Origin: Allosphingosinicella sp.
Lineage (GTDB): Bacteria > Pseudomonadota > Alphaproteobacteria > Sphingomonadales > Sphingomonadaceae
Length of the DNA stretch: 64,000 nt
Direction: 5' to 3' (one strand)
Assembly: GCA_036387215.1 (NCBI GenBank)
Contig: DASVUE010000164.1
Positions 58,574 through 64,000 of this stretch are shown in pieces. Below the pieces are notes generated by a model. It had not been told where the DNA came from and ran no database searches. It saw only the letters and a list, made by a program, of their open reading frames with translations. Position numbers and translations under genes: made by a program. The number at the start of each line of letters is the position of its first letter. The stretch's first letter is position 1.

Positions 58574-61500
58574 TCAGGCGGCTTCGGCGGCGGCCAGTTC
58601 GACCCGCACCATGGCGCCGGCGATCGGCTGGTGGATCCAGTATTCCGCGCAGTCGCGGCCGGCGCCGATGCGCAGGGCGCGCGCGTAGAGTTCCACCTGC
58701 CCGCCGAACGCCCTCAGGCGCTCGTCGTCTAGTTCCACGGAGCCCGGAAAGCTCTTATGGTCGATGACCGTGAGGTCGCCGCCGCCGTCGACCAGCAGGT
58801 CTATCCTGCCGGAGATGACCTGGAGATCCTCGGCAGCGTGGACGGGCCATTCGCGCAGCCGCGCGGCGCCGCCAAAACGTTCTTCGAGGAAGGCGTGCAG
58901 CCTGTCGGCCGCCTCCACGAGGTCCCCGGGAGCAACCTGGGGCGCGCCCCACCGGCGGAGCATGTCCGCCGCGGACGCGAGCCGCGTGGGTGCCGGCCGC
59001 GCCGGATCGTCGCTGGCGAAGAACCGGTGGAAAGCCTCCCCGACCGCCTGCAGGTCCGGATCGCCGACCAGCGTGATGCGGCTGCCGAGCTGCACCCGCT
59101 CGGAGACGCGGACGGTCCCGCCGAACTGCTGACCGCTCGGCCGCAGCCGCAGCGGCGGATGGATTTGCCTGGCCATGGCCGGTCGGGCGAACTCGGGCAG
59201 GGGCGCCGCCTCGTCCCGCTCCGCCCGGTCGGGTGCAGGACGGAGCGCGAACACGCTACCGCCTACGTCCAGCGGTGTGGCGCTCAGCTTGAGCAGAGAC
59301 AGGCCCGCGTCGGTCGTCAATTCGTCCAGCCAGTCGGTCTTGCCGGACGTTACGAAAGCCAGGTGGTCGCGCGCCCGCGTCATGCCGACGTAGAGGAGAC
59401 GCGTCCTCTCCAGCCTCTCCTCCTCGAGGGCGAGCACTCCCTCCGGGCTGAGGGCGGCCGCCAGGTCGAGGCCGACGTCCTTGGCCTGCATGCCGTAGGG
59501 CCACGGCCAATAGCGCAGCACGCGCCCAGCCAACGGGTCCCGCCAATCTGGCTCGTCGAGATCCTCGGCATAGACGCCGAACGGATTGGACTTCGCTTCG
59601 TGCTCGAGCCCGGTGAGCACGACAATCGGCCATTCGAGTCCCTTGGCGCCGTGATAGGTGAGCAGATTAACGGCGTCGGGATGGCGGCTCTGCGGCTGCG
59701 CCGGCGCGTCGCGGGCGGCGAGCCATTCGCACGCGCCCGCGAGCGTGGCGGCCTGCCGCTCCGAGCGCTGTTCCTCCTGGTAGGCGTCGAGCAGCGAGCG
59801 CACCGCCTCCAGATTCGCAAGCCGCTGTTCCGCCATGCCCCACCGGGCCACCGTTGCGAGCATGCCCTCGACGTGCAGCACGCCGTCGAACATCTCGCTC
59901 GGCGTGAGCTGGGGCGCGAGCGCGCGCAAGGTCTTGAGCTCCTCGGTGAAGGGCACGCACGCTTCCAGCGCCGCGAGGTTGTTCTCTTCGAAGGCGGCGG
60001 CAAGCCAGCCGTCGTCGTCGCAGCTCAGGCGGGCCAACTCCGCGAGCGCCAGGCTGTCGGTCGGGTCGGCGACCCAGCGCAGCGCCGCCAATGCGAGCTC
60101 CACCTCGGGCTGATCGAGCAGCCCGCTGCGTTCGACGGCCACGCGGATGCCCCGCCGCGACAGCGCCGCGGCGAGTTGAAGCACCTGACCGTTGGTCCGG
60201 CACAGCACGGCCACATCCCCGCCCCGGGCTGGCCTCTCCGTTCCGCCCTTCGGAACGACCGGCCAGGCGGCTGGATCGCGCAGCAGGCCGTGGATCCGGC
60301 TGGCCAGGTCCTCCGTCCGGTCTTCCTTCCTCGAGCCGGCCAGCGTCCAGACCGACAGGAGGGCCGCGCCGTCGTCCGGATCGCGGCGGGCGTAATCGTC
60401 GAAGGTGATCTCCTCGGGCTTCATGCCGGTCCGGCGGAAATTTGGCTCGAAGGCGGAGTTCACGAGCCTGCCGAGGGTGGGCCGGGTCCGGTAAGACTTG
60501 CGGAGGAACTCGAAGGTGCCGCCCGTGTCCTTGGTGATCGCCTGGGCGGCGGCCTGCGTCAGCGCCGGATCGGCGTCGCGGAAGCCGTAGATCGACTGCT
60601 TCGGATCTCCGACCCAGGCGTTCGTCGGCGCGATCCCGGCGAGAGCCGAGAAGATGGCGATCTGGATCGGGCTGGAGTCCTGATACTCGTCGACAAACAC
60701 GGCGCCGATCAGTTCACGGAGGCGGTCGTGGTTGCCGCCCTCGCGGAGAATGTCGAGGGCGAGCATCTCCTGGTCCACGAAGTCGACGATGCCGCGCCTG
60801 TGCTTGAAGTCGGCGTAGTCGGCGAGGCACTGCGCGGCGCAGTCGAACTGCAGGCGGATGAATTGTTCGACGTCGCTGCGCAGGCGGGGATGGCGCGCGT
60901 GCGCGCTGGCGGCGGCCACAACGTCGACGAACAGGTCCTCGTCGGCCTTAGTCGCGCCCAACTTCGACAGCCGCGCCCATTCGATCCAGGGCAGCAGCTC
61001 GCCGCGCTGCAGCCGCGCCGCCGCCGCTTCAACACAAGGCACATCCTTCTTGAGCGTGCCTACTTTCAAGCCGGCCCTCCTCAGCGCGATCGCCGCCTGA
61101 CAGTCCGCGACCGCGTCGGCGAGCGCCTGATCAAGCGCGTCCGCCGTCTCGCCCGCCGCCGCGGCGGGCAAGAGACGGGTCAGGCCTTTGACCGAATGCT
61201 CGGCGGATTCGCCGATGCGCTGGGGCGTGATCCCGTTGGAGCGGGCCAGCTCGACGATGCGGCGCAGGTGATCCTGCCAACCGTCGATCCGGCGTCCGTG
61301 GAGGGAATAGCCCTGCGCTGGCAGATCGAAGCGTTCCGCGATCTGCTGGATGGGGCCGGCGAAGCGCGACATCGCCGGGCCGATCGCGCGCGCGAAGATC
61401 GCCTTCTGCCGATCCTCGGGGATGACCTCGGAGACGGGCGACCGGCCGAGTTCAAACGCGAACTCGGCGATCAGCGAGCCGCAGACGCTGTTCACCGTTC

Positions 61501-61747
61501 CGATCCGCGCGGCCAGCATTGCCGCCGCGAATTCCGGTCGGCCGTTCTCGATCAGCTTTGAGCGGATCCGCCCCGCCAGTTCCGCTGCCGCCTTCTTGGT
61601 GAAGGTCGTGGCGAGCACCCGGCTCGGCGCCAGGCCGGCTTCGACCGCGGCGCCGATCCGCTCCACCAGCGTGTATGTCTTGCCCGTGCCCGCCGACGCG
61701 ATGATCGTGTCGACGCGGGCGTTCGCGTGGCCGGTCGGCTGTTTCAT
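58574..61747 (-). CDS. UvrD/AddA-like helicase-nuclease
   Basis: [55 protein letters not shown] and GRIDLL..IDHKS. Confidence 0.93.
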   Translation of the reverse strand: MKQPTGHANARVDTIIASAGTGKTYTLVERIGAAVEAGLAPSRVLATTFTKKAAAELAGRIRSKLIENGRPEFAAAMLAARIGTVNSVCGSLIAEFAFELGRSPVSEVIPEDRQKAIFARAIGPAMSRFAGPIQQIAERFDLPAQGYSLHGRRIDGWQDHLRRIVELARSNGITPQRIGESAEHSVKGLTRLLPAAAAGETADALDQALADAVADCQAAIALRRAGLKVGTLKKDVPCVEAAAARLQRGELLPWIEWARLSKLGATKADEDLFVDVVAAASAHARHPRLRSDVEQFIRLQFDCAAQCLADYADFKHRRGIVDFVDQEMLALDILREGGNHDRLRELIGAVFVDEYQDSSPIQIAIFSALAGIAPTNAWVGDPKQSIYGFRDADPALTQAAAQAITKDTGGTFEFLRKSYRTRPTLGRLVNSAFEPNFRRTGMKPEEITFDDYARRDPDDGAALLSVWTLAGSRKEDRTEDLASRIHGLLRDPAAWPVVPKGGTERPARGGDVAVLCRTNGQVLQLAAALSRRGIRVAVERSGLLDQPEVELALAALRWVADPTDSLALAELARLSCDDDGWLAAAFEENNLAALEACVPFTEELKTLRALAPQLTPSEMFDGVLHVEGMLATVARWGMAEQRLANLEAVRSLLDAYQEEQRSERQAATLAGACEWLAARDAPAQPQSRHPDAVNLLTYHGAKGLEWPIVVLTGLEHEAKSNPFGVYAEDLDEPDWRDPLAGRVLRYWPWPYGMQAKDVGLDLAAALSPEGVLALEEERLERTRLLYVGMTRARDHLAFVTSGKTDWLDELTTDAGLSLLKLSATPLDVGGSVFALRPAPDRAERDEAAPLPEFARPAMARQIHPPLRLRPSGQQFGGTVRVSERVQLGSRITLVGDPDLQAVGEAFHRFFASDDPARPAPTRLASAADMLRRWGAPQVAPGDLVEAADRLHAFLEERFGGAARLREWPVHAAEDLQVISGRIDLLVDGGGDLTVIDHKSFPGSVELDDERLRAFGGQVELYARALRIGAGRDCAEYWIHQPIAGAMVRVELAAAEAA

Positions 61748-64000
61748 TCCAATCCCCTCACGCGGCAGAGCGTCTGGTAGTCGCACCATTTGCAATTGGC
61801 CTCGAGGACGATCGGCAGGTCGCCCGGCAGGTGGTCCTCGTGCCCCTCGACGCCGCAGGCGACGAGCTGGCCGGCGTCGGCCAGCTCGCCCAGACGGAGC
61901 CAGCTCTCCCGGACGGCGGCCCAGGTGGCGGGAAAGCCCCGGGCGCCCTCCACGGCGCGGCCGCCGATGAGCCCCCCTTCGACCAGCGTTGCGAATTGGC
62001 GCTGGTTGAGCAGGAAGTAACCGGCACGGTAGGGTTGGTCGCCCGCCGTCATTGCTCCGTAGGTGGCGAGCTGGACGGCGTTGCCCTGCTCGAGCTCCTC
62101 TCGCCGCTTCTTCTCGCTGCGCGTCCACTTGAGGTCGATGATCACGTAGTTTCCGTCCCGATCGCGCGCGACCAGGTCGATGGCGCCCCTCACCGACAGG
62201 GCGTTCTCGAACGTCGCGCTGACCTGCTTCTCGGTCTCCTCCACCGTCAGCCCGTTAATCTCCAGCGTGCGGGCCAGCTCCGCCATCGCGGCGGGCAGTC
62301 GGCCGCGCGCCTCGGCCAGCTGGGCGGCGAGCTCGGGCAGGCGGAGCGGCGCCGCCATCTCGTCGATGAGACCATCCAGCAGCTCCCCGGCCTTGGCGCT
62401 CGCCACATCCGGTGCCGGCGGGGCGCCCGGAGCGAAGATCTCGTGCGCCAGCGCGTGCGCGAGGTTGCCGAGCAGCTGGTTCGCGTCCGGTATGGAGCGG
62501 ACCCGGCCGGGCCGCAGTCTCGCGATGTGCTTCAGCGCCCATTTCAGGTGACAGCCGAGCCCCGCCTCGAAGGAGGTGGCTGAGTGGGTCAGCCCTTCGA
62601 GCCGATCGCGATAGCTCGCCGGGGTCGTCCAGACGGGCTTCGACGCCGGGAGCGGCGCAATCGGCACCGGCTCGCGCCGCAGCTCGACGCCGGCGATCGT
62701 GATCGAGTTCCGCGCCAGCGCGTCCTCGATCCGGATGCAGGTGGCCAGCTTCTCGGTGGCGGGCGCCAGGCGGTGCGCGAGCGGGTGCAGCGCTTCGTCG
62801 TCGCCGGCGTCCAGGCCCCCGGCGATGAGGAGCAGATTGCCGCGGGCGTGCAGCACGGCCCGTTCCCACGCGGCGCTCGCCGCCCGCCCGGCGAGGCCGA
62901 CCTCGTCCACCGGCCAGCCCGCGCGGGCGAGTTCCTGCCGCTCGCTTTCCGTCCAGGGTTGCCGCTGCAGACCGTCCTGAGTGGTGCGGAAATTCCACCA
63001 GACGACCGTCTCGGCGGGTGCCCACACGCCGCCCGGCTGCGGCACGCAGCGCCAGCGCGCGGCTTCGGCCGCGGCGGCCGGATTGTCGTGGCCGATGTCG
63101 AGCGCCTGATCGATGATGCGTTCGACCAGCGTGCGCGGCAGCGCGTCTCGGCCGAGCCTGACCAGCGCGGCGCGAACGTCGCCGGCGAGGGTGACGGTGG
63201 CGGCGTAGAGCTGATCACGGTCGATCGCGTGGCGCGCGCCGGCCCACGCGATCGTCCGGTCGCATGCGGCCACCGCCGCCGCGAGGGGCATCCCGGCCAC
63301 CGGATCCGCCGCCTCGGGCTCGACCCAGGCGCGCCAGCGTTCGAGCCGCGCGTGCGCCTTTTTGAGCTTGGCCGGATCGCCGTCCGTGGCGGCGACCTCG
63401 GCCTCGCCGATTTTCACCCACGCTTCCTGCCAAGCGGGACCGCCGCGGCCCGGCGCCTCCTCGAGCGCTTCCGCCAGCCGTCCGGCTGCTCGCGGCGCGA
63501 TCGGCGAGGTCGGGAACGCGAGCAAGTCCATGAGGACCCGGGGGTCGAAGGGAGTCCAGGCGATCTTGAAGGCGAGCAGCAGGATCTGGAGCGAGCCCCG
63601 GTGGGCCGAGGCCCTGCTCCGTCCCGCGCGCGGCTGGCCCGCCGCGCACAACCCGTGGTCGAGGAGGTGCGTGTCGGCGTCCTGGGCGATCAGGACGGCC
63701 TCGCGGTCGCCTTGTTCGGCGAACCATTGCCCGGCGACTTCGGCGGCGAGGGCGGCGCTCGCCGAGGTTGCCATCGTGACCGTCCCGTCCGCGGCACCCG
63801 CGATCGGTCCCTCGCCGGTCATCCAGCGTTGCAGCCGGCCCAGCGCCGTGTGCTCAGGTGCTGCCGGTCGGGCTTCGAGCTGCTCGACGGCGACGCCGCA
63901 CGCCTCCAGCCGGTCGAGCAGCCGCCGCCATCCGATCGGGTGATCGGTCCGTCGGTCGACGAGGCGGATGCGCCGGATCGGCAGGGTGGGGCGCTCGGCG
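61744..64000 (-). CDS. AddB-like PD-(D/E)XK nuclease with four Cys (5' end beyond window)
   Basis: SATS....GCHLKW, GAIDLV..IIDLKW, QLATY and [10 protein letters not shown]; ATGA overlap with the helicase gene. Confidence 0.85.
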   Translation of the reverse strand, partial: AERPTLPIRRIRLVDRRTDHPIGWRRLLDRLEACGVAVEQLEARPAAPEHTALGRLQRWMTGEGPIAGAADGTVTMATSASAALAAEVAGQWFAEQGDREAVLIAQDADTHLLDHGLCAAGQPRAGRSRASAHRGSLQILLLAFKIAWTPFDPRVLMDLLAFPTSPIAPRAAGRLAEALEEAPGRGGPAWQEAWVKIGEAEVAATDGDPAKLKKAHARLERWRAWVEPEAADPVAGMPLAAAVAACDRTIAWAGARHAIDRDQLYAATVTLAGDVRAALVRLGRDALPRTLVERIIDQALDIGHDNPAAAAEAARWRCVPQPGGVWAPAETVVWWNFRTTQDGLQRQPWTESERQELARAGWPVDEVGLAGRAASAAWERAVLHARGNLLLIAGGLDAGDDEALHPLAHRLAPATEKLATCIRIEDALARNSITIAGVELRREPVPIAPLPASKPVWTTPASYRDRLEGLTHSATSFEAGLGCHLKWALKHIARLRPGRVRSIPDANQLLGNLAHALAHEIFAPGAPPAPDVASAKAGELLDGLIDEMAAPLRLPELAAQLAEARGRLPAAMAELARTLEINGLTVEETEKQVSATFENALSVRGAIDLVARDRDGNYVIIDLKWTRSEKKRREELEQGNAVQLATYGAMTAGDQPYRAGYFLLNQRQFATLVEGGLIGGRAVEGARGFPATWAAVRESWLRLGELADAGQLVACGVEGHEDHLPGDLPIVLEANCKWCDYQTLCRVRGLE

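Noticed and set aside
58757-61561. 934-aa ORF on the + strand
   Set aside because: It is the antisense shadow of the UvrD helicase in GC-rich DNA and has no recognisable motifs.

Overview
GC-rich alphaproteobacterial DNA, most likely a sphingomonad (TonB-dependent receptor, FixL/FixJ, HWE kinase, sphingomonad-type wHTH proteins). Bases 1-4.9 kb look like core genome. At 4994-5010 there is a tRNA-Ser-like 3'-end fragment followed by paired arm-type repeats, suggesting that the rest of the window is an integrated island whose other end lies beyond 64 kb. In order, the putative island holds: two transposase-derived genes (an IS1595-Zn-ribbon/MucR fusion and a frameshifted IS110); a PrtDE-type T1SS divergent from a non-RTX candidate substrate; a SNase/SRAP/ATP-dependent ligase module interrupted by a bacteriocin-like precursor; a cyanophycinase/isoaspartyl peptidase cluster; fixLJ, aox and adhP with three copies of a 36-bp FixJ-like box; and several cassette-like genes bounded by a recurring, mostly co-oriented GTCCGCT...AGCGGAC hairpin. 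A mobilisation module follows (AlpA, RP4-type oriT, MobC, relaxase), then a tandem set of PolB-type DEDD exonuclease homologues, and finally a defence-like block (Type IIG R-M, sacsin-ATPase/DUF3883 protein, AddAB-like pair). No complete tRNA, rRNA, CRISPR array or integrase was seen. All family assignments come from motif recognition by eye, not from database searches.
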